In this document: piece by piece, positions 24,731 to 32,226 of the stretch
How the letters are laid out: the number at the start of each line of letters is the position of its first letter
Position numbering within the stretch: position 1 is the stretch's first letter
Assembly (NCBI GenBank): GCA_045593345.1
Contig: JAZNWM010000259.1
Span: 1-32,226, forward strand
Source: Eubacteriales bacterium
GTDB lineage: Bacteria > Bacillota > Clostridia > Oscillospirales > CAG-272
DNA length: 32,226 bases
Reading direction: 5' to 3'
Program-made: the position numbers and the translations under genes
The notes under the pieces: generated by a model
Seen by the model: only the letters and a program-made list of their open reading frames with translations
Database searches by the model: none
What the model was told of the DNA's origin: nothing

Positions 24731-25610
24731 TATCAAGAATCTCCGACAGATTGTTAAGTATAGATCTCGCCACGTGGGGATTGTTCATCGTATAGACGTG
24801 GACGTTGGTCACGCCGTTTGCGAAAAGGTCGATTATCTGGTCTGTGGCGTAGGCAATTCCCGCCTGCATCATTGCGGCAGGATTTGAGCCAAACTTATCC
24901 ACAAGCGAGATAAATCTCTGTGGCATATAAGAGCCCGAGAGCTTTATTGCCCTCTCTACCTGGCTTGCCCTGGTGATAGGCATAATGCCGGGGATAATGG
25001 GAACGTCAATTCCCACGCCGCGAGCATCATCAAGGAAATTATAAAACAGAGCGTTATCAAAAAACATCTGCGTAGTAAGAAAATCGCATCCCGCATCCAC
25101 CTTCTCACGAAGGAAGCGAAGATCGTCGGCACGGCTGTCGCTCTCGGGATGTACCTCGGGGTAGCAGGCACCGCCGATGCAAAAATCATCTTCCAGACTG
25201 CGTATCTCACGGATAAGATCTACCGCGTGCAGATAATCCCAATCGGAACGGTCAAGCCCCCTCATCTGATCGGGAATATCTCCGCGGAGTGCCATAACGT
25301 TCTTTATTCCCGCCTGCTGCATATCTCTGATTCTTGCCCTGACTGTCTCTCTCGTAGATGACACGCAGGTAAGGTGAGCCAGGGTGGGAACACCAAAGCC
25401 CCGCTCTATATTTTTAGCAATTTCAAGCGTAAATCTGCTTGTACCGCCGCCCGCACCGTAGGTGACGCTCATAAAGGCGGGGGAGAGAGAGGCTATCTCC
25501 TCGGTCGCAGACCTGATGCTGTCAAAGGCTGATTCGTTCTTCGGCGGGAACACCTCGAAGGACAGGGTTAATTTATCTTTTTTCAGAATCTCGGATATTT
25601 TCATAGCCAT
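24723..25610 (-). CDS. metF: 5,10-methylenetetrahydrofolate reductase
   Basis: 295 aa: LSFEVFPPK, MSVTYGAGGGT, HLTCV, ALRGD and DFLTTQMFFD are canonical MetF/MTHFR motifs. Confidence 0.9.
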   Translation of the reverse strand: MAMKISEILKKDKLTLSFEVFPPKNESAFDSIRSATEEIASLSPAFMSVTYGAGGGTSRFTLEIAKNIERGFGVPTLAHLTCVSSTRETVRARIRDMQQAGIKNVMALRGDIPDQMRGLDRSDWDYLHAVDLIREIRSLEDDFCIGGACYPEVHPESDSRADDLRFLREKVDAGCDFLTTQMFFDNALFYNFLDDARGVGIDVPIIPGIMPITRASQVERAIKLSGSYMPQRFISLVDKFGSNPAAMMQAGIAYATDQIIDLFANGVTNVHVYTMNNPHVARSILNNLSEILDND

Positions 25611-25649
25611 TCCTCTTGTGACACCGTCACTCTATATTATTTATAACTA

Positions 25650-25678
25650 ATTATAGCATCTTTTTTTTTAATAGACAA
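25650..25678 (-). promoter_or_regulatory. Extended -10 promoter of the metF / activation-domain / metH operon
   Basis: On the minus strand: TTGTCT, a 17-nt spacer ending in TGC, then TATAAT. This leaves a ~40-nt leader before the metF ATG at 25610. Confidence 0.5.
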
Positions 25679-25684
25679 GTCTTT

Positions 25685-25721
25685 TTTAAAAAGAAACCGC
25701 TCTTTGGGAAAAAGAGCGGTT
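25685..25721 (-). terminator. Rho-independent terminator after the DUF1667 gene
   Basis: An 11-bp stem AACCGCTCTTT / AAAGAGCGGTT with a 5-nt loop, followed on the minus strand by TCTTTTT. It begins 7 nt after the stop at 25728. Confidence 0.8.
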
Positions 25722-25727
25722 CTCTTA

Positions 25728-26087
25728 TTATTTACTGTTAGCCGTTGCAATAACGTTGGCACCCGTACCGCAAACGTCCCTGATGATAATATCACCAATC
25801 TTAAGACAGTCCTCGGCTATAACAGAATTTATCTCTGCCATAACGTCAAGCATCCTATCCTTGGGAACGGTTCTGTCGGTCTTGACGGGAATCACCGCCC
25901 CCGATCTGCATCTTACGGTGGAGGTAACGGTTCTCTTGGGATTGGTGCATTCATCGTTCGCATAGACGAGACCACGCTTACAGAAATTGCCCTCTACCTT
26001 AATGACCTCACCGCTGTTGCCGAGCTCTACTCTCATCTGACAGCCTCTGGGGCATACTATACAGGTTAAAAATCTTTCCTTTGCCAT
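25728..26087 (-). CDS. DUF1667-domain protein (small Cys-containing subunit of GlpA-like oxidoreductase clusters)
   Basis: 119 aa. The N-terminus FLTCIVCPRGCQMRVE...VEGNFCKRG is the characteristic DUF1667 pattern. It is the third gene of the trio. Confidence 0.8.
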   Translation of the reverse strand: MAKERFLTCIVCPRGCQMRVELGNSGEVIKVEGNFCKRGLVYANDECTNPKRTVTSTVRCRSGAVIPVKTDRTVPKDRMLDVMAEINSVIAEDCLKIGDIIIRDVCGTGANVIATANSK

Positions 26088-26100
26088 TATGGTGCCCTCC

Positions 26101-27342
26101 TTACTGCTCTATTGAGAAGGAAAGCTCGCCGCCCGAGAGCGAGGAGATAATATCCTTCGTCAGCTCCACCTTCTCCATCTCGGCGGGTGCAAGCCTCTGC
26201 TTCTTCTTTGAAATAATAACTCTGTCACCGTCGCGAACAACTATTTTTGCATCGCGGAAAACGTCGCTGACTCTGAAATAGACCGACGTATCGGCAATTT
26301 CAGTAAGCCTCTGAGGTACGGTATACCTAACCCTGCCGTCGGTGACGAGGGATACGGAAATATCCTTATGACTCTCGCCGAGGATATATTTTGCCGCGGC
26401 ACGTCCTGCAATAGCAGACTCCTCCGAAACGTAGTCCACGAGATCGTGAACGTGGAGAACGTTACCGCAGGCGAAGATTCCGGGTATCTCGGTTTCTCTC
26501 TCACCGTTTACGGCAGCACCGCCTGTGACGCGGTCAAGCCTGATGCCAGCTCCCTTGGTAAGCTCGTTCTCGGGGATAAGTCCACAGGAGAGAAGCAGAG
26601 TATCACAGGGAATGTATTCCTCGCTCTCCTTGATGGGACGGCGATTTTCGTCAACCCTGGCAATAGTGACGCCCTCAAGACGCTCTCTACCGTGAATATT
26701 TACAACCGTATGGCTGAGCCTCAGGGGAATACCAAAATCGTTAAGGCACTGCTCGATATTTCTCGCAAGGCCGCCCGAATAAGGCATAAGCTCGCACACC
26801 GCCTTTACCCTGGCACCCTCAAGAGTCATACGGCGTGCCATAATAAGACCGATGTCACCCGAGCCGAGAATAACCACCTCGCGACCCGGCATATAGCCCT
26901 TCATATTAACGAACTTCTGTGCAGTTCCCGCGGTGAAGATTCCCGAGGGACGGCAGCCCGCGATATTGAGAGCACCCTTCGGTCTCTCGCGACAGCCCAT
27001 CGCAAGAACGACAGCACCTGCCTCCACCGAGAAAATACCCATTTCTCTGTTCATTGCGGTAACCACACGCTGGGGAGATACCTCAATAACCATAGTATTG
27101 AGCATATATTCTATTCCCAGCTCTGCTACCATCTTCTCGTATCTGTATGCATACTCGGGACCGGTAAGCTCCTCACCAAAGCGGTGAAGGCCGAAGCCGT
27201 TGTGAATGCACTGCCTTAAAATACCGCCGAGTGCATCGTCACGCTCGAGTATAAGAATATCTCTGATGCCTGCCTCGTGGGCAGCTACGGCCGCCGCCAT
27301 ACCCGCAGGGCCGCCACCGATTATTACCAAATCCTTCTTCAT
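26101..27342 (-). CDS. NAD(P)/FAD-dependent oxidoreductase (pyridine nucleotide-disulfide oxidoreductase fold)
   Basis: 413 aa. Two dinucleotide-binding motifs are visible: VIIGGGPAGMAAA at the N-terminus and VVILGSGDIGLIMA in the middle, plus FACGNV near the C-terminal FAD-binding segment. Confidence 0.82.
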   Translation of the reverse strand: MKKDLVIIGGGPAGMAAAVAAHEAGIRDILILERDDALGGILRQCIHNGFGLHRFGEELTGPEYAYRYEKMVAELGIEYMLNTMVIEVSPQRVVTAMNREMGIFSVEAGAVVLAMGCRERPKGALNIAGCRPSGIFTAGTAQKFVNMKGYMPGREVVILGSGDIGLIMARRMTLEGARVKAVCELMPYSGGLARNIEQCLNDFGIPLRLSHTVVNIHGRERLEGVTIARVDENRRPIKESEEYIPCDTLLLSCGLIPENELTKGAGIRLDRVTGGAAVNGERETEIPGIFACGNVLHVHDLVDYVSEESAIAGRAAAKYILGESHKDISVSLVTDGRVRYTVPQRLTEIADTSVYFRVSDVFRDAKIVVRDGDRVIISKKKQRLAPAEMEKVELTKDIISSLSGGELSFSIEQ

Positions 27343-27351
27343 ATCTTTATC

Positions 27352-28776
27352 CTACTTCGTCTTACCGTAATTAATATAGGAGCTACCTCCGAACTTTGTA
27401 ACCGCGGTGTAATCAACGCCCATCTCCCGAGCCAGAAGCTCAATTATATAAGGCGTACAGAAGCCGCCCTGACATCTGCCCATAGATGCCCTCGTCCTAC
27501 GCTTCACACCGTCAAGATCGGTGGGACGGGGATTGGTGCGGATTGCGTCGAGTATCTCACCCTCGGTGACCGTCTCGCATCTGCAGATAACCCTTGCGTA
27601 CTCGGGACGCTCCTTGATAAGCCTGTTCTTCTCATCAAGCGAGAGCATAGAGAAGAAATGCATCGGCCGTCTTGTACCAACAAAGTCCTCGCGTGGGGTT
27701 GCCTGATAGCCCGAATCAACAATAAGCGACAGGGCGTACTCGGCAATTGCAGGTGCGGAGGAGAGACCGGGGCTCTCAATAGCCGCAATATTAAGGAAAT
27801 GCCTCTTCGGCATACTAATAACGAAATCTCCCGTACTGCCCGACGCACGAAGGCCGGAGAAGGAGGTAATTACCTTGCTGAAATCAATACCCTTAACCTG
27901 CTCGGAGGCAAGGGTGCGAACCTTCGAAAGTCCCTCTGCCGTGGTAGCGGTGTCCTCCTTATCCTCAATATCCTCGGCAGTGGGGCCGACCAGCAGGTTG
28001 CCGTCAACCGTAGGAGTCACGAGAACGCCCTTACCCATCTTGGAGGGGCAGCGGAATACGGTGTGGCTGATATGACCGCCAACCTCACGGTCAAGAAGGA
28101 GATATTCGCCGCGGCGTGGCCTTACGGTAAAGGAATCGTCGCCCAGCATAGCGGAAATCTCGTCGGAATATACTCCCGCACAGTTGATAAGATACCTCGC
28201 CTCCACCGACTCGCCACCCGAGATTATTCTGTATCCTCCCTCGCACTCCTCAACAGAGTCGACGTGGAAATTAAGCTTCAGCGTAGCACCGTTGTCCATC
28301 GCGTTGCAAACCGCCGCCATACAAAGCTCGTAGGGACAGACGATAGCACCCGTTGGTGCATAGAGAGCAACCTTAACACCCTCTCCGATATTAGGCTCCA
28401 GTGAGAGGATCTCGTCGCGATATATCACCCTGACGCCCTCAACGCCATTCTGTCTGCCCCTCTCACAAAGGTCGTGAAGGGTACTCTCGTCATCCTCGTT
28501 AAAGCCTACGACAAGCGAGCCGTTGTTTCTGTACTTAACTCCAAGCTGTGAGCAGACCTCTGCCATCATCTTGGAGCCGCGGACGTTCATCCTGGCCTTC
28601 AGACTACCGGGGGCGGCGTCAAAGCCGGCGTGAACGATGGCACTGTTGGCACGGGTAGCACCAAGAGCTACATCAGCTCCCCTCTCAAGAATACAGACGC
28701 TTTTGGTATATCTGGTAAGCTCCCTCGCCACCATACCGCCGATAACGCCTGCACCGATTATCGCAAAATCAAACAT
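27352..28776 (-). CDS. FAD-dependent oxidoreductase, anaerobic glycerol-3-phosphate-dehydrogenase (GlpA)-like, with a BFD-like [2Fe-2S] domain
   Basis: 474 aa. The DAO-type N-terminus reads FDFAIIGAGVIGGMVARE. The C-terminal BFD-like segment reads ICRCETVTEGEILDAIR...RASMGRCQGGFC. Confidence 0.82.
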   Translation of the reverse strand: MFDFAIIGAGVIGGMVARELTRYTKSVCILERGADVALGATRANSAIVHAGFDAAPGSLKARMNVRGSKMMAEVCSQLGVKYRNNGSLVVGFNEDDESTLHDLCERGRQNGVEGVRVIYRDEILSLEPNIGEGVKVALYAPTGAIVCPYELCMAAVCNAMDNGATLKLNFHVDSVEECEGGYRIISGGESVEARYLINCAGVYSDEISAMLGDDSFTVRPRRGEYLLLDREVGGHISHTVFRCPSKMGKGVLVTPTVDGNLLVGPTAEDIEDKEDTATTAEGLSKVRTLASEQVKGIDFSKVITSFSGLRASGSTGDFVISMPKRHFLNIAAIESPGLSSAPAIAEYALSLIVDSGYQATPREDFVGTRRPMHFFSMLSLDEKNRLIKERPEYARVICRCETVTEGEILDAIRTNPRPTDLDGVKRRTRASMGRCQGGFCTPYIIELLAREMGVDYTAVTKFGGSSYINYGKTK

Positions 28777-28805
28777 AATTTCTATCTCCGTTTTGTCAGA
28801 TTTAC

Positions 28806-28834
28806 TTGACTTATTTATTACTTAACGATATAAT
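28806..28834 (+). promoter_or_regulatory. Near-consensus promoter for the M16 peptidase gene
   Basis: TTGACT (28806-28811), a 17-nt spacer, then TATAAT (28829-28834). Confidence 0.55.
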
Positions 28835-28861
28835 TATAATATAAATAAATAAATCTGTCAA
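28833..28861 (-). promoter_or_regulatory. Consensus promoter for the GlpA-like operon; its -10 box overlaps that of the opposing promoter
   Basis: On the minus strand: TTGACA (28861-28856), a 17-nt spacer, then TATAAT (28838-28833). A GGAG RBS precedes the ATG at 28776. Confidence 0.55.
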
Positions 28862-28892
28862 CCACAGGACAAAAAATAAACGGAGGATAAAA

Positions 28893-31763
28893 ATGATAAA
28901 TATTGAAAAATACGGCTTTTCGCTGGTACGCGAAAGCCCCCTTGACGAAATAGACGCCACTCTGTACGAGCTTTCTCACAACGGATGCGGTGCGAGGATC
29001 ATTTACCTCGACCGCGAGGACGAGAACAAGACCTTTGCCGTTGGCTTTGCCACACCGCCAACCGACGATACGGGCGTGTTCCACATTATCGAGCATTCTG
29101 TGCTCTGCGGCTCGGAGAATTACCCGCTGAACGATCCCTTTGCCGAGCTGCTTAAGGGCTCACTTAACACCTTCCTTAACGCGATGACCTACGAGGACAG
29201 AACGGTGTATCCCGTATCCTCAAGATGCGAGAGCGATTTTCTGAACCTTGCCGACATATATATGGACGCGGTCTTCTCCCCCAATCTTTTGAAGAACCCC
29301 TCTATTTTCAGACAGGAGGGCTGGCATTACGAATACGACGAGGAGAGCAATACTCTGAGCTATAACGGTGTCGTATATAACGAGATGAAGGGCGTGTATT
29401 CCTCGCCCGACGAGCTTGGAGCAGCAGCACTTAACTCCGCCCTCTTCAGCGGTACACCCTACTCCTGCGACTCGGGCGGTGCTCCGTCGGCAATTCCGAG
29501 CCTTACCTACGAGGGCTTTAAGGCATCTCACGAGAAATACTATCATCCCTCGGCCGCGAGAATCTTCCTTGACGGCAGGATAGATCTTGACAAGCTCCTT
29601 CCCCTTATCAACGCCCACCTTGAGGGCTATGAAAAACGCGAGCTTCTATACCTTGATGGCAGAAGTGAGCCCCGCGACGCAGGTGTGATAAATATATCCT
29701 ACGAGATTTCGGAGGGCGAGGAGGAGCACGGCAAGGCAAGAGCCCTTTACGGCTACGTCTTCACCGACTGGTCGGATGCCGAGGGCAATCTTACCGCCTC
29801 CATCCTCTGCGACCTGCTTTGCGGCTCCAACGCCTCGCCTCTTAAGAAGGCCCTGCTTGACGGCGGTCTTGCCAAGGATGCACAGATGTACGTTGTGAAA
29901 TCAAGAGAGCAGACCCTGGTTATTGAGGTTCGCGACGCCGACGAAACGCGGCTTGACGAGATTGACGCCGTTGTAAAGGGTGTTATCACCTCGATGATAG
30001 AGGACGGAATCGACAAGAACAAGATCACCTCTACCCTGAACAGTATAGAATTCAGACTGCGTGAGCAGGATTTCGGTGCACTTCCCACCGGAATCGTATA
30101 TGCAATGACTCTTTACGGTCATTGGGTTTACTCAGATAAGCCCGAGAAATGTCTTCTCCTTGATGCTCCTATAAAGGCAGTCAGAGAGAAAATTCCGACC
30201 GATCATTTTGAAAAGGAGCTTCGCCGTATGACTCTTGATAACAGTCACAAGGCGAAGGTCATTATGCTGCCCGACAAGACACTCGGCGAGCGTAATGCAA
30301 GAGCCGAGGCAGAAGGTCTTGCCGCAATACTTGAATCAATGAGCGAGGACGAGCTTCAGAAAATTCGCGACGAGGAGGCGGCTCTTCGCCTCTGGCAGCA
30401 GAGCGAGCCCACCGAGGAGGCACTTGCCTCTATTCCCAGGCTCAGCCTTAGCGATATACCCGAAAAAAGCGACCGTCCCTTCGCTACCGTAGGCGAGTGC
30501 GACGGGGTAAAAATCGTCACCTGTCCCATCAAAACGAACGGTATCGTTTACGTTTCGCTTCTTTTTGACGCATCCGACCTTGCGGGCGACGAGCTTGTAG
30601 GTCTGTCGATGCTGGCAGCTGCCCTGTTGAACTACCCCACCGAAAAATACGACGCCCTCTCGATGCAGAACGAGATAAAGGCAAATCTCGGCAATATGTT
30701 TGCCTCCTTCACCATAGGTAATAAGGATGGCATCGCTACCCCCTATCTTAAGATAGCTGCCAAGGCGTTGGATTCAAAGCGTGGAGACGTTATCCGCCTT
30801 ATCAGCGAGCTTCTCACCACAAAAATCGAGGATGCAAGCGAAATGGCAAACATTCTCGCCCAGACGAAGTCCAATATTGAGGATACTATTCTTCAATCGG
30901 GCGAGTCGGTTGCCCTCTCCAGAGCCCAGGCAGGCAGAAACGAGGTCGGTGCTGCATCGGAGCATCTCTCGGGCTATGAGGCATACTGCACGATCTCAAA
31001 AATTCTCAAAAATCAGGATACCGTCAAGGAGTTTACCTGCAGGGTTGCAGAGCTTCTTAAAAAGCTTATGACCAAGGCAAGACTTACCGTTGCGGTTGCG
31101 GGAGAGGCAGACGAGAAATTTATTTCCGAGCTTATTTCCCTCTTCCCCGAGGGCATATCTCCCGAAAGAAAGAGGACGCCCGTCTGTGCCGAGAAGAGCG
31201 AGTACTTCCTCCTTCCCTCCAAGGTAGCCTATGCGGTTATGGCAGGCGGATGCGACAGAGCTCGCGACAACCTTGGCATCCTTCGTGTAGCAAGATCCAT
31301 TCTGTCCTACGAATACCTCTGGAACACAGTAAGAGTACAGGGCGGTGCCTACGGAACGGGCTTCATACCAAGAAAGGATGGAGATATCGCCTTCTACTCC
31401 TACCGCGATCCCTCTCCCAACGGATCTCTCGGCTTCTACAGAGCAAGCTCGGATTACCTACGTTCGCTGGTAAGGGATGGCGTTGATATTACCAAATTTA
31501 TCATCGGTGCCATCGGTGAATACGATACGCTTATCACACCGAGAACGGCAATCGCCCTTACCACCGCCGACTATCTTAACGGCTGGAGCAGGGAGGATGA
31601 GGCGGCTGTTCGTGCCGATATGCTGAATATGACGGCAGAGGACCTTCTTACCGTAGCCGACATTATCGACGAGGCTCTCGCCGATGAGAGCATAATCATC
31701 GTCGGAGGCAGAGAGCAGCTCGACGCTCTTGATGAAAAGCCCGGTCGGATTATCACTATATAA
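28893..31763 (+). CDS. M16-family (insulinase-like, PreP/M16C-type) zinc metallopeptidase
   Basis: 956 aa. The inverted zinc motif HxxEH is present in FHIIEHSVLCGS, with the downstream YNEMKG segment. The size fits a four-domain M16C clamshell. GGAGGA RBS upstream and no signal peptide. Confidence 0.85.
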   Translation: MINIEKYGFSLVRESPLDEIDATLYELSHNGCGARIIYLDREDENKTFAVGFATPPTDDTGVFHIIEHSVLCGSENYPLNDPFAELLKGSLNTFLNAMTYEDRTVYPVSSRCESDFLNLADIYMDAVFSPNLLKNPSIFRQEGWHYEYDEESNTLSYNGVVYNEMKGVYSSPDELGAAALNSALFSGTPYSCDSGGAPSAIPSLTYEGFKASHEKYYHPSAARIFLDGRIDLDKLLPLINAHLEGYEKRELLYLDGRSEPRDAGVINISYEISEGEEEHGKARALYGYVFTDWSDAEGNLTASILCDLLCGSNASPLKKALLDGGLAKDAQMYVVKSREQTLVIEVRDADETRLDEIDAVVKGVITSMIEDGIDKNKITSTLNSIEFRLREQDFGALPTGIVYAMTLYGHWVYSDKPEKCLLLDAPIKAVREKIPTDHFEKELRRMTLDNSHKAKVIMLPDKTLGERNARAEAEGLAAILESMSEDELQKIRDEEAALRLWQQSEPTEEALASIPRLSLSDIPEKSDRPFATVGECDGVKIVTCPIKTNGIVYVSLLFDASDLAGDELVGLSMLAAALLNYPTEKYDALSMQNEIKANLGNMFASFTIGNKDGIATPYLKIAAKALDSKRGDVIRLISELLTTKIEDASEMANILAQTKSNIEDTILQSGESVALSRAQAGRNEVGAASEHLSGYEAYCTISKILKNQDTVKEFTCRVAELLKKLMTKARLTVAVAGEADEKFISELISLFPEGISPERKRTPVCAEKSEYFLLPSKVAYAVMAGGCDRARDNLGILRVARSILSYEYLWNTVRVQGGAYGTGFIPRKDGDIAFYSYRDPSPNGSLGFYRASSDYLRSLVRDGVDITKFIIGAIGEYDTLITPRTAIALTTADYLNGWSREDEAAVRADMLNMTAEDLLTVADIIDEALADESIIIVGGREQLDALDEKPGRIITI

Positions 31764-31770
31764 AAAGGAA

Positions 31771-31801
31771 AAGGCTGAATCCTGTGATTCAGCCTTTTTT
31801 A
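31771..31801. terminator. Bidirectional Rho-independent terminator
   Basis: Stem GGCTGAATC / GATTCAGCC with loop CTGT. An A-rich run lies upstream and TTTTTT downstream. It sits between convergent genes. Confidence 0.8.
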
Positions 31802-31817
31802 TCTCCGTAGATTTGCT

Positions 31818-32156
31818 TTATTTTGCGGTCAGAACGATTACGTGATCCGCATCCTCCCACTTGAACGTGAACAGATTCACGATAAGGGTCTTTGCTATCT
31901 CAATTCTGAAATTAAAATCACCCTCAAAGGTCTTGCCGTCACCGTAGGTGTACTCAAGCTCTTCGCCTGTAATAACGTCCTTGACATCAAGGGTAAGATC
32001 GGAAACGACTCTTACGTCCTCCATACGGGCAACCTGAAAATCACCCTTCATAAATACCAGATCAACGGTTGCAAGCAGAGTGTATACAACAAGCAAAAGC
32101 ACAAGTGCCAGCAGAACCGAGATTATTCCTGCATTGCGACGAACTATATCCTTCAT
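31818..32156 (-). CDS. Small hypothetical protein with one N-terminal TM anchor
   Basis: 112 aa from the ATG at 32156 (AAAGGA RBS 9 nt upstream; the track ORF starts at a TTG at 32174). One hydrophobic helix (IISVLLALVLLLVVYTLLATV) is followed by a beta-rich soluble part. No family recognised. Confidence 0.5.
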   Translation of the reverse strand: MKDIVRRNAGIISVLLALVLLLVVYTLLATVDLVFMKGDFQVARMEDVRVVSDLTLDVKDVITGEELEYTYGDGKTFEGDFNFRIEIAKTLIVNLFTFKWEDADHVIVLTAK

Positions 32157-32226
32157 TGTCAAAATTCCTTTCAAAATATATTTGAATAGTGTACTATAAA
32201 GATTATATCACCAAAGTGGGCGATTG

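Noticed and set aside
25611-25727. A possible SAM riboswitch or T-box upstream of metF
   Set aside because: Only about 40 nt of leader remain after the promoter and the upstream gene's terminator. That is far shorter than either RNA element, and no S-box-like helices are visible.
1-32226. Mobile elements, CRISPR arrays, tRNA/rRNA genes, toxin-antitoxin pairs or known defence systems
   Set aside because: No direct-repeat/spacer arrays, no transposase-, integrase- or recombinase-like ORFs, no cloverleaf-like or rRNA-like stretches and no long terminal inverted repeats were seen. All large ORFs are accounted for by metabolic, transport or regulatory families.

Overview
This looks like a chromosomal window from a Gram-positive anaerobe, probably Clostridia. 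Supporting signs are GGAGG-type ribosome-binding sites, lipobox lipoproteins, a Bcd/Etf module and a split MetH. I saw no rRNA, tRNA, CRISPR array, transposase, integrase or recognisable defence genes.

Layout, left to right:
1. Minus strand, 1-2068: an acyl-CoA module, MaoC-like dehydratase -> acyl-CoA dehydrogenase -> EtfB. EtfB is truncated at the window edge and missing from the ORF track.
2. Plus strand, 2280-4911: a divergent TetR regulator, then an unusual Cys-rich tandem-repeat lipoprotein, then an AEC-family transporter.
3. Plus strand, 5219-18472: a ~13 kb, 14-gene pectin/rhamnogalacturonan-oligosaccharide uptake and degradation operon. It holds an orphan membrane protein, two LplB/LplC-type permeases, a 742-aa lipoprotein binding protein and four unassignable 4-TM membrane proteins. 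It also holds two paralogous MalK/MsmK-type ATPases, cytoplasmic GH28 and GH105 enzymes and a TIM-barrel isomerase.
4. Minus strand, 18557-20712: a convergent GH4 (LplD-like) gene translationally coupled to a SAM methyltransferase, with a divergent AraC regulator at 20885-21679.
5. Minus strand, 21726-25610: metF, a stand-alone MetH activation domain, and a short metH.
6. Minus strand, 25728-28776: a GlpA-like / FAD-NAD oxidoreductase / DUF1667 trio.
7. Plus strand, 28893-31763: a 956-aa M16 (PreP-like) metallopeptidase, followed by a small membrane-anchored ORF on the minus strand.

The best candidates for something undescribed are two. The first is the block of four small membrane proteins plus a duplicated ATPase embedded in the ABC operon. 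The second is the roughly 10-unit DxDxDHxCDxCG-x5-C repeat lipoprotein.

All family calls come from motifs read by eye in the translations. No database search was possible.
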